From assembly GCA_038496445.1 (NCBI GenBank), contig JALMLS010000329.1:246866-310865 (forward strand): a DNA stretch of 64,000 nt. Reading direction: 5' to 3'. The notes below the pieces were generated by a model. That model ran no database searches and was not told the origin of the DNA. It saw nothing but the letters and a program-made list of their open reading frames with translations. The translations under genes and the position numbers were made by a program. This DNA comes from Trichosphaerium sp. ATCC 40318. Lineage: Eukaryota; Protista; Tubulinea. This document shows positions 12,791-25,871 of the stretch, in pieces (position 1 is the first letter of the stretch; every line of letters starts with the position of its first letter).

Positions 12791-13092
12791 TTGAAATATT
12801 TGTTATTAATTCCTGATTGTTTGTTGAAGCAGAATAATATTCCGAACTTTTATTGTGATGAAGTATACTCCTCCGAGGATAATCCTCAGCTGCAAAAGGT
12901 TTCTATTTACTTGGAAATGACACAGATCACAGTACCTGATCGCAAGATGCATGCTACTGAAAGAATGGCAACCTTTCGAAGCTGAAGAATCTGGAATATT
13001 CCCACGGAGGTGTATACTTCATCACATATCCTAAAACTGAGGATAACATTATCAACGTAATAAACAAGAATTGGAGAAACAGATTTATTCAA
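12791..13092. repeat. Long imperfect inverted repeat (fold-back hairpin)
   Basis: 12854-12878 TGTGATGAAGTATACTCCTCCGAGG matches the reverse complement of 13002-13026 at 23/25. Weaker pairing continues inward (CAGCT..AAAGGTT / AACCTTT..AGCTG) and outward to about 12791/13092. Confidence 0.85.
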
Positions 13093-13806
13093 TTTAGTAT
13101 GATTGCAACAAGCTCTAGACCAAAGAAGATAAGAAATAAATGAAGTTGCAACTATTTTTTATACAAGATAGTACGTACTTTGTAAAGACAAATCTAAGGC
13201 AGAAACGCAAGCACCTGTTTTAATATCACATGTGGAACTTTGTGGGCAACAATGCAATTTATCACTGCAACATACACCTTTTTCTAACGGACAGCAACCA
13301 GAGATACCTTAAATTCCAGTCACGCAAGTAAACCAAATCAAAAAAATAAATTAGTTTAGCGTACCGTTTGATAATACACAACACGTGCCATTGTCAGCAC
13401 AATTTACGTCCTTACACTCATTGCTAACCTAGAAGGCCAAAAGTTTTTTCAGAAAACGCTTCGTTTCGCATGGGCACGTGCCTTGATATCCTGTAGTTTA
13501 CTTGCTTTACTCGCACACGTGTTATTAACTAAATCGCAGCTGTATGACTTTGGACAACAAGAAAGGCCGCTACTACAACAAACACCATCTGTGTATGGGC
13601 AACAGCCATAGGATCCTTCATTAAATAAGATGTAACGGTTTCGTGTTTGAAACGTCGGAAAGCAAGCTAAAAAGCGGGCCGCATTGCGTTAACGTACCGT
13701 CTGCTAGTTTACAGCAAGTGTCACTACTGGGACACGATGAACCATCACCGCACTGTGATGCCAGAGCACAGCAGATTGAAAGAAAAGCTACCAGAGTGTA
13801 TAGCAT
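13089..13806 (-). CDS. Small secreted progranulin-like protein with two granulin domains
   Basis: Signal peptide MLYTLVAFLSICCALA. Motifs CPSSDTCC..GCCPYTDGVCC..CCPKSYSCD and CC..GCCPLEKGVCCSDKLHCCPQSSTCD. Needs a GC-AG intron at 13429-13481. Confidence 0.9.
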
Positions 13807-14573
13807 TTTGTTAAACAAATTTAACGTTGTTATGGTCAATTTATTTAACACAGATATTTTCCCACAGCCCTAAGTCGCGTACCTGGGTTTGTTTGCAGTA
13901 CAGGCAAGAGCCGCTGTGGAGGATAGAACACATATTCTACATGTAAAGTCATGATCGTGGGGATCATTATCCAACTTTGGATGGATATTGGACACGTGTT
14001 CTGTAATCAGACAAGATGTACGTCACACTCCTAATTATGAGCCTACGAATAAAGGTTTGGTTACCAATTACCTTGCTGTTAGCAATCATTGCAGTGGTAG
14101 CACATGTGTATTACTGCTAAATGATGTGGATTGTAGTGTACGATATCGTACTGTTGCACAAGAAAATACATCGGCAACAATCAGAGCAAATCCTGGTTGC
14201 TTAATCGAGCCATGAATGGCCTAGTGCGCTTCTAAACAGTGTCAAACCTCATTCCTGATACTATCATTTTGATTGGCAGCTCTACTACAAGTAGATGCAT
14301 CGTGACACCCTCATTTTTTAGGTACTGCCTAATTGTTACGAGACAAATAATGTCCAAGGATGTTGATGGCTAGACATTAAGAAGAAGAAATTGAAAATTC
14401 GCTAAATGTCAAGTCTTGGCTACAAATGGTGCTCCAAAATGCTGTCATATATGTATCATTGCGTGCAGTTGAGTATAGAAGCTGTCGTAATAAAAAGACG
14501 GAGAAAAATAAAAAAGTCGGTCAACTTCTTCCTCAAATACACTAAACGACACCAATTATAATACGTGATTAAC

Positions 14574-15329
14574 ATGCTGAGGTTCTCAAGTAAGTTTGTC
14601 CGTTTTATTTGCTGTTTACTTTAAAGTTTAACATTGTTAGGTCGCATCGGTTTACAAAGCGCTTCACAGAGGTGCCAACTTCCCACAAGAAAAGTACGAG
14701 CTACAAAGGCCGCAACAAGTTCAAAATCTAGCGTATCAAACCTACGCGCGTCAAGTATGCTTCTACAGCTCATAGGTCATAATTAACGGTTTTTTTTAGA
14801 CTTTGTGGTTCCTAGCACCTTTGCTCACGCCTACGCTTCAGAGGCGAAGAACCTGATCACCAAAGAAGACCTAGACAAAGCTCGCATCGCTTGGGGTGAC
14901 GCTCTCGTCGCAATCTCCAAATCTTACGAAGCGGAAGGCATAGATGGCGCTCGCAAGCTTGCAGATGGCGTGCTAGACGCTGCCTATGGTTACAACCTCG
15001 GTGACGTTTTGTTCAAGCCTACCCTCTCCAGCGGCGAAAAAACTTTTCGTCCAACGAAAAAGGGAGCGCTTTCTTACTTTGTCGGTCACGACGAGGAGTA
15101 CCCACTTGATGGAGGCTTTGGTATCAAAGGCTGGCGCAAGGTAGAATCTGAAACGTCTGCCTACTTTATCGAAGACAGTGTTGCCATGTGGATGGGCTGG
15201 GTCATCATGACTGACAAGGATGGGAATGTAACTAAAGTTGATAAAAGTTGGGGCTATAAAAAAGATGCCGAAGGCACCTTGCGAATCATTCAGCACCACT
15301 CGTCGCTGCCTTATGATCCAAAGCAATAA
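14574..15329 (+). CDS. Iota-class carbonic anhydrase (COG4337-type) with predicted mitochondrial presequence; exons 14574-14589, 14641-14754, 14800-15329
   Basis: VLFKPTL, FRPTKKGALSYFVG, and C-terminal RIIQHHSSLPY. The N-terminal ~57 aa are R/S/A/K-rich with no acidic residues. Confidence 0.85.
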
Positions 15330-16150
15330 ACAAACCAAAAGGATAAAGCAAAGACCACCAATGACAATCAATCACTCCAAGACTAGTTTTAACCGTTCCA
15401 ATCACTTGGGCATTATATATTTACATGCATGCATAATTCTCAAAATACATATCATCCAAGGAGGTAAAAAAAAGTACGCTGGAGCAACGTAAAGAATATT
15501 TAATAAACTTTTATCTACAATGTGCTCGTTACCTGTTATATTCGTACTTTTTTATTATTTGTTAAGACACGTGGTCATTATTTCATGATAAAATCATTGA
15601 CATCATTGGTTGAATGAGAAAAACCAAACTAGGGACTAACTGATATAGGCAATGATATGGTCTAACACCTTCTATACTTTTAAATAACCTAACAATTCCA
15701 TTCCATACATCAATGCAGATTTTTCGTCACTAGTAGCATGATCTTAGCAGACTTCCCATACTGATCTATGCCGATTCGAAGTTTAGTGCTCATACTGGAA
15801 CCTATGAAATACCATTACCTTTTTCAACAGATAAAAAAAATCACTATACTTTGATATGCCTCCTTGTACCTTATCTCTTCAAGGTAAAATCCATGAAGTT
15901 TATGTTCTCTGCTATGAAATACCAGATGTATTTAGTCTTCAAGTATTTACCATAGTCAACAATAAAAGGGAAAAACATGAATGGCATATTTAGGTATATT
16001 TTACAACCATTGTTCTATTGTTACAAGCAATGTTGTAAATCTTACAATGTACAAGGCATCCCAATAACAACTGTTAGTGAGTAACGGGGGAAGTTAACTA
16101 GAAGTTCCAGATTTTGTAGGAATTACCCTAGAACTTTCAAATTCTCCCCA

Positions 16151-17174
16151 TTAAATCACTTTATTCTTAAAGCTATCTAGGTATTTTTCTAGTTGTGGTT
16201 TTAATATCTGACCGCTTTTGTCCCACATTTGGTATCCTCCTTTTAGTTTACCATCTGCATAACAACACCTCATTTTCAATAAACCATTTTGATACCATTC
16301 CTTGTATTCACCATCAATATAACCATTTTTATAACAACATTGTTTATATAATTGTCCATTTTTATACCACACTCTGTATTGTCCTTCTCTCTTATCATTC
16401 ACATAACCGCCTTGGTCATATAAACTCCCATTTATCCAATATCCTTTGTACATTCCTTCTTTTTTGCCGTTTTTATAGTGATACTCTGACAGTCCACCAA
16501 AGACACTCCAGCTTTTATATTCTCCCTCTTTTTTTCCATCAACAAAATATCCATGTTCTACAATTTTACCAGTTGAGTACCATCTCTTATACTCACCTTC
16601 CTTTACATTATTTTTAAAATAACCTCTATCAGACAATGTACCATCTCGATACCAACTCTTACATTCACCTTCAAGCTTTCCATCAACATATGTCCCGTGT
16701 TCAGATAGTTGATTTTTTTCATTGTTGTAATACTTGGAATACTTTCCCTCCTTTACGCCATGTACAAAGTTTAAACAAAGCTCCAACTTACCATTATCAT
16801 GCCACTCCTTACTTTCTCCATGAAGTTCGCCATTAAAGTAAGTACAGTGTATCCGTAGTTGACCATTCTCAAACTCTTTGTATTCTCCATGAAGTTTACC
16901 GTTTTGCCAATTCTCTTCAATTGCGAATGTGTGACCCTGTTTAAGCCATTTCCCATGTTTTTTTAATTCATAGTCAAACCTTGTTGTTGTTGCTGTTTGT
17001 TTCGATAACAGAGGCCATTTTTCGTACATTTCTCGGGCCAAGTCTACTATATCGAGATGTAGCTCAACTGGAAGGCGAAATAGATGACAAGTTTGCTCGA
17101 GTGATGCTTGTAACTAAACAGGTGTAAGATTCAAACAATAAGCTGTAATAAAGAACCTTGCGCTTTGCGGCCAT
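16151..17174 (-). CDS. F-box-like + MORN-variant (YwqK-like) repeat protein, paralog 1
   Basis: Short exon 1 MAAKRK and one intron (~17113-17156), then LFRLPVELHLDIVDL followed by ~10 repeats of the GKLEGECKSWYRDG type. Confidence 0.85.
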
Positions 17175-18040
17175 TGCTAGGTCCACCTGGAGAGCGAGTA
17201 TTTCTCCAGCGGTTTTTAAGCTTCGAAAGTACGTTTAGGAGCTAAATACCAAATTAAATAACAAATTATGTTAAAACAATGTTTGGCACGTGCCTCTTGT
17301 TCTTCTTAACAGCATATAGTATGACTGAAGTTGACATTTTGCGCTTTACTGACTGAACGTACTGCTCTCACATTCTTACTTTTCCTCCTGCGTTTGCAAG
17401 TACTGTTTTTATACATCGAAAATAAAACAAGGTGTTTCTGTAGCAAATGGTCAGGATGCCTTTCAAAGCTTTCAGTCCAATTGTCTGCAAAGTCCTACCA
17501 GTTCGGTGCGCCAGTTTTTATGTTTTTGTGGATAGGTGGTGGGGAAAAAACTAGAGAATTTGACTGTACCAGTTTTAAGCCTTAAAGTTGTTTTATTTAC
17601 AAAAGTGGTTGTCATTGTTGGCTGTGAACTTTTAAAGTACTACAAACATCACAAGTATTATCGCAACTAAAACAGTTAACGTAGCAGTACTACCACTATA
17701 AGGTGGTGGCGCTACTGTACCGCAGTTGCTTATGGAACAGTAATCGTGAAGCTGGCCGAGATGCCCTTAATCCTGGTTTGCCATGCGCGTCACATCTAGC
17801 TGAGTTAAAATTGAAAATCCATTTATGCATACTACTTAATCTACATCAGTCACAAAGCGAAACATAAAATCAGTTTTTCTTAGAGCTGTAACAGGCCTTA
17901 GTTTTTTGAATTGGTCTTGTATAATAAATGAGGACTGCATAGATTGTACAGATTGATTTTTGTTTTTATTTAAGCAATCAAACAACGCTTTCTTTCTTTT
18001 TTCTGTTTTTGACGAGTGAATTTTTATAATAGAAATGGAT

Positions 18041-21000
18041 CTATTCTGTGTCCATAGCATCAACTCCCTCCGAAGGTTTAACAGTGACTTCAAGCTCCTC
18101 AATCTGATCGCATCCCATGTACGAGTCACACATGAGGTAAACAGTCCAAGTGTACGAACCAGCCTAAAGAGAAAACACTTAGTACAAAAGCAACCCACAA
18201 AAAAACCACAAAAAATCGAAGTTCGAACTCGTACCTCTGGTGCAAAAAATCGAAGAGGAACCTTCTTTTTCCGTGTAAAGTTAACCAATTTGGTACAATA
18301 CATAGCCTTGGTATCCTTATCACCAAGTACAAGCCACCAATTCTCTATTTTTTCTTCAGGATAGAAAGGTGCTGATACTTTCTCGAGTTGCTCGCCATCA
18401 TCAATCTCACGTTCGAGCAATACATTGATACAAGCTTGTTCGCCTGCAAGAATCTCGTCTGGCTCTCCAACAGTGATTTCAATATTAGGGTAACGGTTAC
18501 AAGCGTTTGCAACAGCAGCGTGGTTCTCCTCTGGGATAAGCTTTAGTATTTCCATACGTTCGTCATCTTCCATCTCGAGGAGACCGTAAACGTCTAAATC
18601 TTGATGTTTTGATTTAACAAACTCAATCACTTTTGACCCAAAGTGTGGGAGCTGTTTCAAAACGTGATCTGTAGTCCACATGGATTGAACGACCATTTGA
18701 CATAATTCCATAGCTGCAAGGCCTGGGTTTAACCAGGAGGAGTATGCAATAACATCAACCATTGCCCTAAATTACTCGCGTTAATACACAAGCAAAGTAT
18801 TATTAAAAAACCTGAAACGAAGAAATATTGTAAAAAAAAAACTACGGCCTCAGAAAGACGAAATCTGCATAAGACAGCTCCATGTCGTTGTAAAACACAA
18901 CGGGTAGAGCAAAGCTGGGACAAATGCCTCGAATAACTCATCACAGGGCATTTTTTCAAAACAAAACTTGAAAAAAAAGTAGCGTAATGAACCGTACCTT
19001 AGAAGCCTTGGTGCAGTGCGCACTACAAAGTCTTGATCGCGGTCCAGATCTGCTGGTAATTTTCGTCGTGAGAAGTGACATTGCAACAAGATATTGGCCT
19101 TGGTCTCAACAGAGTTGTAGTCTGGTTTGCCAATCTTGACAGGCAAGTGTCTTGCGAGTCTACGAAGCATTTTGTCTTCCTTGTGACGAACAGATAGCTC
19201 GTCGAACTCGAGAGCATGAGATAAAATCTCCAAGAGTCCCTTGAGGTTTGTCTTTGCCTTGATACTAGCGCTGAACACCTCGATTGTAGTGTATTTGATG
19301 TTGTAGTGAGCTGCAATCATACCCAAGTTAAGAGCAGATAGATCCATCTCATTCTCGACAGCGACACACTTGCACTCTTCCAAAGTAGAGATTGTGTCCT
19401 CTACAAGCTCGGACAGGTGGTCAGACAAGTGGCGGCGTGTTGTACCAGCCAAGTTATAGTAGTTAGGATTCTTACTAAGTATTGAGTCAGTATAAGAAGA
19501 TGTATTGGTGTGCGTTTGAACGTACGTTAAGCGACGGTAATAGAAGGTCCATGTCAAGTAATCTACAGCATCTTGCTTGTTTGTAATAACTTTGGATACA
19601 ATCTCAGCGTTGACATGATCATAGAGATGATGTTCTAGATGAGACTCGACTGGAAGCGATTCATTCAAGAATTTTTTGTAAAATTCCTTCTTTGGAGCGT
19701 AGCAGAAGATAACACACTACAAAGGCAAGTCAATAACTTGAGTACAGTCGAAAAAAAAAAAAAAGAAAGAATAGATTTCGTCAAATTTACCTTTGCGCTG
19801 TGATCTTCTCCCATGCGTCCAGCTGCGCCAATCATTTGTAATAGATCAACAATAGTGTAATCCATGTACTTGTGTTCTCTACCCTCATAGTACTGTGTAC
19901 CAACAATGCAAACAAGATGTGCTTTAGTTGATAATTTCCAAGCCATATCATGAGTTGCAATGAGTACTTGAATAGCACCTGATGCGAACAACTGTTCGAT
20001 AGCCTAATACAATCGTAAGACAAACTACCCACTAAAGAACTAAACAAAAACGCAGCAGAACGTACACTCTTCTCTGCTGGGGACATGGCATCGTGGTAGT
20101 AGGCAATACCATACAATGCATACTTGAGAAGACGTGGATTAATGTCAGCAAGGAAGTTCTCAATAACTGAGGTATCCTGGATTTGCAAGAATCGTTTTGG
20201 ATCGTCTTCAGCATTGAGGTGAGCGATCAAGTCGCTAGCAACTTGACGTGCATTCTTCCTGGATGCTGTGAAGACAACAACAGGTTTGTTTTCAGCCTTG
20301 GAGGTGATGTGATGCAAGAGCGGTTTCATCATGGACAAGAAACGAGCTTTTTGATGGTGATGCTCGAATCCTTGAAGATGAACTTCAAGAGGGACTGGAC
20401 GTGTGTTTGGTGGGAAATTGAAAAGTGTCTGTGATGTAGCACCTATCCATTCACCGACATCCTTGGCATTTGCAATAGAAGATCCCAAAGCGACGATTCG
20501 GACTGGCTTGACGATTGGTTCGCCAGCTTCCTCCTTCTCCTTGTTATCCTTTGTCAATTGGGAGGACATGTAACGAAGACGTGAAATAACAACTTCTAGG
20601 GATGTTCCACCAGATCCAATGAGATGAATCTCATCGGCAATGACAAGTCCGATGTTTTGAATAGGTTTTCGAACATTCCATTTACGACTTACAACATCGA
20701 ACTTATCAGCAGTAGTAAGTACGATATTAGCAGATCGAAGAAGTTTGAGATCACGTGTTGTCTCTCCAGTGAGTTTGACAATGTTAATTGAAAGAGGTCC
20801 GAACTTCTCAGTCCATTCGGTGTATACGTTTTCGACAGTCTCATCTTTCAATGTCACGTATAAGATTGTTGTATCATTATCAGACGCCAAATGCTTCAAA
20901 ACAGCGAACTAAAAGAGAGTGAGTCAGCGTTCAAAGTGGGAAGAGAATGACAAAAAAGAAGAAAACAAAAAATGGATAAAGCCGTTTTACCTCAGCACAG

Positions 21001-24000
21001 ATCGTCTTTCCAGAGTTGGTAGGTGCGCACACTAAGGCGTTCTTTTCACCGTTGTATAGTGTACTAAACACTTGAGTTTGGATAGCGTTAAAGTGATTGA
21101 ACTTTCTGTTGTATAATTTCTCATATTCAGGTACTCTCAAAGCAGCAACAGGGAGTGGGTTCAAATCAAGGAGCTGACTCTGTGGTGGGTATTTATGAGG
21201 TAAAATCAAGTGACGGAATGACACTGGAAGTAAAGTCTCGGCACCAAGCCATCTGTCTGCACGAACCTACACAGGAACAAAATTAGCAAAAATGTTCAAC
21301 AAAAAAAAAAGTAGTAAGACTGTCCGTACCTTAATAAAGTATTGTGGTGGTTTAGGCTCGAAAACAGGTACTGTGAACGTGACAAAGTGTTCAACGTTAG
21401 CAAATTTTTGCTTGAGCAAGAAGTACTCTTGATGCAAGATAGTTTCACCATCAACATCCATAACAACAATATAAAAAGCCAAAGCCTTATCATGAAGTTG
21501 TTGGTCCCATTCAAAGTCAGGAGTGATTGTGAGCTCGCATTTCAACAGAGAACGTGTGATAGGTTGAACTGTTGCGCTAACGTCCAATTTTGGGAACTTG
21601 TGAACCAATGTGTAGATTTCTTTACCGAGACGTGGGTATCGGATAAATTCACCAATTTCCTTTGGCGTAAGATGATACAAACGATCAATGTCCATATCCT
21701 TCTTTTCGAGTTTCTTGATGATATCAATAGGAACACGTCTTCCAAACTGTCGGAGTGGAGATTGTGAAGCCCATTGACGACGCTCAATCATTTGACAGAA
21801 CGATAAAGCACGCTCAGCAACTTGAACCCAACCCTAAACCAGCAAGTGTTAGTTGAAAGAAAGAAAGGAAAAAAAATTGTTTTTTCGGCGTACACGATGG
21901 AGAGCAAGCTCGAATAGACAACGCATGATACGTGCAGCACTTTGTGTTACGTAGACCATATCAGAAAGAAGTGAAAAACCTTCTAGTGATAACCTGGAGA
22001 TGTAGGATTGCAATAATACATTAATCTTGGCGGTTGGTTCTTCCATGCTTTCTTTCACAGGAATAGGAACACGTTCCAAAAGCTTTTGGAGCTCAGTGCG
22101 CTCCTCTGGTCTAACAGCAAGATATTTGAATTCACCTGACAAAGAAAAGATCCTACACAAAAGAGATAAGCACCAAAACAAATGAAGAAAACGGAAGACA
22201 GAAAAAAGGGAGTCTTAGCCAAACAGTACCTCAGAAGTTCAATATCACTTGTGGTTGGCTTCAAGTTCTCGTTGTAAGTAGCCATAGACTCGTATGAGAT
22301 GTAGTAGTGAGAAGCAATACGACCAATATCGGCGACTTGGAGGCTTCCTGTTTTTCTATCATACTTGATGAGATTAGCCTTGGCGAGCATAGTGGCTGCA
22401 GTGTGAGCCAAATCAATACGAGGTTGCTCCAAGAGTTGATCAGCTTTGGCTTCCTCTAAAAAAAAAAGTTAAGCCTCGTGCCTTTAGATGGCTGGTGAGT
22501 TTCAAGAGGCGTACCTTCATCTATGTCATACATAGTTGGGTTACGTATCATACAGACATACAAGTATGTGTACTCAAGCCATTTGACAACATCCTTAATG
22601 CTCTGTACTGATCCCAAGACAATCTCAGCATTCAAAGCATCTGGTAGCATAGTGATCAATTGACTCTCGATAGGCACGTGATTATTCATGAGAGATAAAT
22701 AATATGTCACTTCACTGTGTGTTGTAATGACGATACCCTCTCCGATAGTATCGAATTGTGGACGACCAGCACGACCCAACATTTGCATGATATCCATAGC
22801 AGTGATTTCTACCCATTTACCAACTTCTGCGGAGTAAACTTGTGTACCCTTCACGATAACAGAATGAGCTGGTAAATTAACACCCCAAGCGAGTGTTGAA
22901 GTAGACACCAAGACTTGAACGTGCTTGCTGCCGAATAGATCCTCTACTAAATTACGATCACCGCGCTGCATACCGGCGTGGTGAATTGCAAAACCATAAG
23001 GCAATAATTCTTTGAGAATAGCATCACTACAGCCTTCCTCAGCTTCCGACATTAAAATTTCTCTGGAGGCTGAATCTTCCTTAATGAAACGACCAAGTGT
23101 GTCGTTCCTTAAGCACATCTCGATAAGCATCTTGGCAGTACGAGCTGTTTCTTTACGGGAATGGACAAAGATCAAGATTTGGCTCTTTCCTGCTTGATCC
23201 ATAACCTTTTCGTAGCAAATCTCGTTCATCAGCTCTAGGCGTTTGAATGGCTTTCTAACGGTAATACCACAGAAGGTCTGCTCCAATGGGATAGGACGGT
23301 AGTCGTTAGGGAAGTAGAATAAGTTCTCTTCGCTCACACGAAGGAAAGTTGCGACGTCTTCGTAACCTGGCAAAGTAGCTGAGAGGCCGACAATCCTCAC
23401 CATTTCTTCGGTTGTTTCGACTTGACGAATAGTTCTCGCTACAACGCTTTCGAGAACAGGACCACGGGAATCATGAAGCAGATGAATCTCATCAATGATA
23501 ACTAGGCGGACCAACTGAGTGTAGGTTCTGTCACCAGCTTTACGGGTGATAATATCCCACTTCTCAGGGGTTGTAAAAATTACCTAAAACCCAAACAGTC
23601 AGAGAAGAATTCAAAAAAAAAAAGGCAATGCCAAAAGGCAATGCCAAATACGAAAAAATAAAAAAAACAGAACATACCTGTGTATCGGAGATTTGTTGTT
23701 TGTTAAGGTTGTGGTCACCTGACAGCTCATCCACACGAATACCATAAGGCTTTAGGCGCTGTCCAAAAGTGTGCACCATTTCTTGTACCAAGGACTTCAT
23801 TGGCGCAATATAAACAATTTTGAAGCTATCCAAATCTAATTTTCCAGTTTCTTTATCAATGTGTTGGCCGATTTCATGCAACATTGTTAACATAGCAACG
23901 TTTGTTTTACCAGCACCAGTAGGCGCACACACTAGCATATTTTCTACACCTTCAAAAGCCGCTTTGTATACTCTACTTTGAATTCTAAAAAAAAGGGATT

Positions 24001-25871
24001 AGCATATGTCACGTATCATACCAAACAAAAAAACACAAACTAACCTGTTCAATGACTTGTAACTTGCGCCGAACGCCTTACGAGCCCATTCAGGCAGCTC
24101 ATCAAGTTTTCTTAGACGCTCTCCTGATTTAAACGGAGGTGTTTTATGAGCTGGAATATAAATCTCTTCAAAACCCTGAATTGAAAAAAAGTTAAACAAA
24201 CGACTTCTAAAAAAACAGAATACAAAACGAGATTCATACCTTTCTGCTTGTTTTTTTAGCGCCACGTGGCAAGTTAATTGCTCCACTCGCGCCACGCTCA
24301 TGCCTAGCTGTGATTTTTTTGAAGTCTTTAAGACTCCTTCCTGACATATCGTTGGTATCCACATCCATCATGTCATCCACATGGTCTGCACGTTTTCCTA
24401 CCTAAACAAGCCATAAGTAAATAAATCGATTACATTTTATCTCAGAACCAGAAATCTCAAAAAAAAAAAAAGAGAAAAAAAACAATTAATAAAAAATATC
24501 CTACCTGAGCAAAGGCAGCATCCATCTTTTTGCCTTCAGCATCACCCTTGAGTTGCATTAAAATATGCGTCAACTCTGGTACTTTTAACATTTCATCTTG
24601 AATCTTAGTCTTTTCAGCCTCTGTCTGTGCTCCTGCTAGTTTCATGCAATATACGATTTTATGACGATTCTTTGTAAGTAATTGAATAAAGTCGAAATGT
24701 TCAAACTCCAACAATTGGACGAGAGAGTTCTCCAAAGATGCAGCATCACACTCTTCTAAAATCTTTGTAGTCTCCATAGTAAGTTTCTGTGCTTGGTAGG
24801 CATCTCCGATAAATTTATCGAATTCTCTTTGAAGCCAATGCGCATCAATGGTAGATGGATCAATATCGAATTGATCATTGCCTCCTTCATCCTTGTCTTT
24901 TACTCTAAGTGCGCCATCCTGGGTTGTATCTTCAACGTCTTCCATATCTTCATCATCATCTTCGTCATCACTCTCATCGCTGTAAGCGACAGCCTACATG
25001 ACAGGTGAGACCAGAGCAATTCAATGAAAAAAAAGAAAGAAACAAAAAAAAATATGTTTTACTTACGTTCCAGTCTTGACGTTTTTCAGTTACATCATCA
25101 ATGACAACAGCAAGTGGTTCATCTTGGTCATCAGCGAGGATATCACCTGATTGTATGTTTTCATCAAGGTAATCAGTGATATTGCGCTCAATCTTGAACA
25201 TTGTGTTCATATCAATATCTGTTAGCTTTCCTAGTAGCTCCTGTAACGTAGAAAGTCAGTAAAAACATCAAACGATAATAACACGTTGAAGCAAAGCCAA
25301 AAAGAGAGAAAAAAAAAGTTTTCGATTTGAATTTTCAAAAAAATATTGCTCGAGGCGTTTTTACCTCTAACGCTGGTTTTTTCTTCTTAGGCCTCATTTC
25401 AGGGTCTTTTAGAATAACAAGGATTTCATCTGTTGCGTATTCGAGATCCGAGTGAGACAGTTCGCCAAGCTTTTTGGAGATGAACGTTATCATTTGCTCG
25501 TATGCAAGCTATTGTACGCGTCAGTGGAGGAAAAACTTTTGTTTTTAGCGTACTCTCGTTTCTTTGGTTTTTGGTCTATAAATTAAAGCCTCGGCCACAT
25601 CTGTTATAATATCCGTTTCACCCAGCTTCTCTTGTTTAGTTACATTACTTCTATCGAAGTTTTTCTTTGCTTTGGCATAGCTATCGGTCTTTGTAACTAC
25701 GCGATCACCCATTTGGTAGAGCTTTTTGCCAGCAAGCGTGGTTGGTTCGCCTGATTCTTCAGCAGTGGCGCGAGGACCACGCCTTTCTGCCTGCAGAACC
25801 AAGTTTGAGTTTGATTTGTAATCATACTGGCGTTGGTAGTTTATTTCCGCCGCTCCGCGCTTTTCGCCCAT
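18041..25871 (-). CDS. SNRNP200: U5 snRNP 200 kDa helicase Brr2
   Basis: N-terminal [11 protein letters not shown], two Ski2-like cassettes ([19 protein letters not shown]; [15 protein letters not shown]), Sec63 domains, C-terminal [10 protein letters not shown]. Confidence 0.98.
18847..18949 (-). ncRNA. Intronic box C/D snoRNA (U15/snR13-like LSU guide) in a Brr2 intron
   Basis: In an atypically long (~230 nt) intron: stem GCC/GGC, box C GTGATGA, box D CTGA, guide CGAGGCATTTG complementary to conserved LSU CAAATGCCTCG, plus an internal hairpin. Confidence 0.8.

Noticed and set aside
13960-13970. U3 snoRNA (GGATCATT, box A-like)
   Set aside because: Boxes A', B, C and D are not found in the right order.
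14805-15329. Bacterial contamination or chimeric assembly at the iota-CA
   Set aside because: It is joined in frame to two upstream exons through canonical introns.
17680-17715. Hairpin GTAGC..TACCAC/GTGGTG..GCTAC as an ncRNA
   Set aside because: A single short stem with no recognisable boxes; insufficient support.
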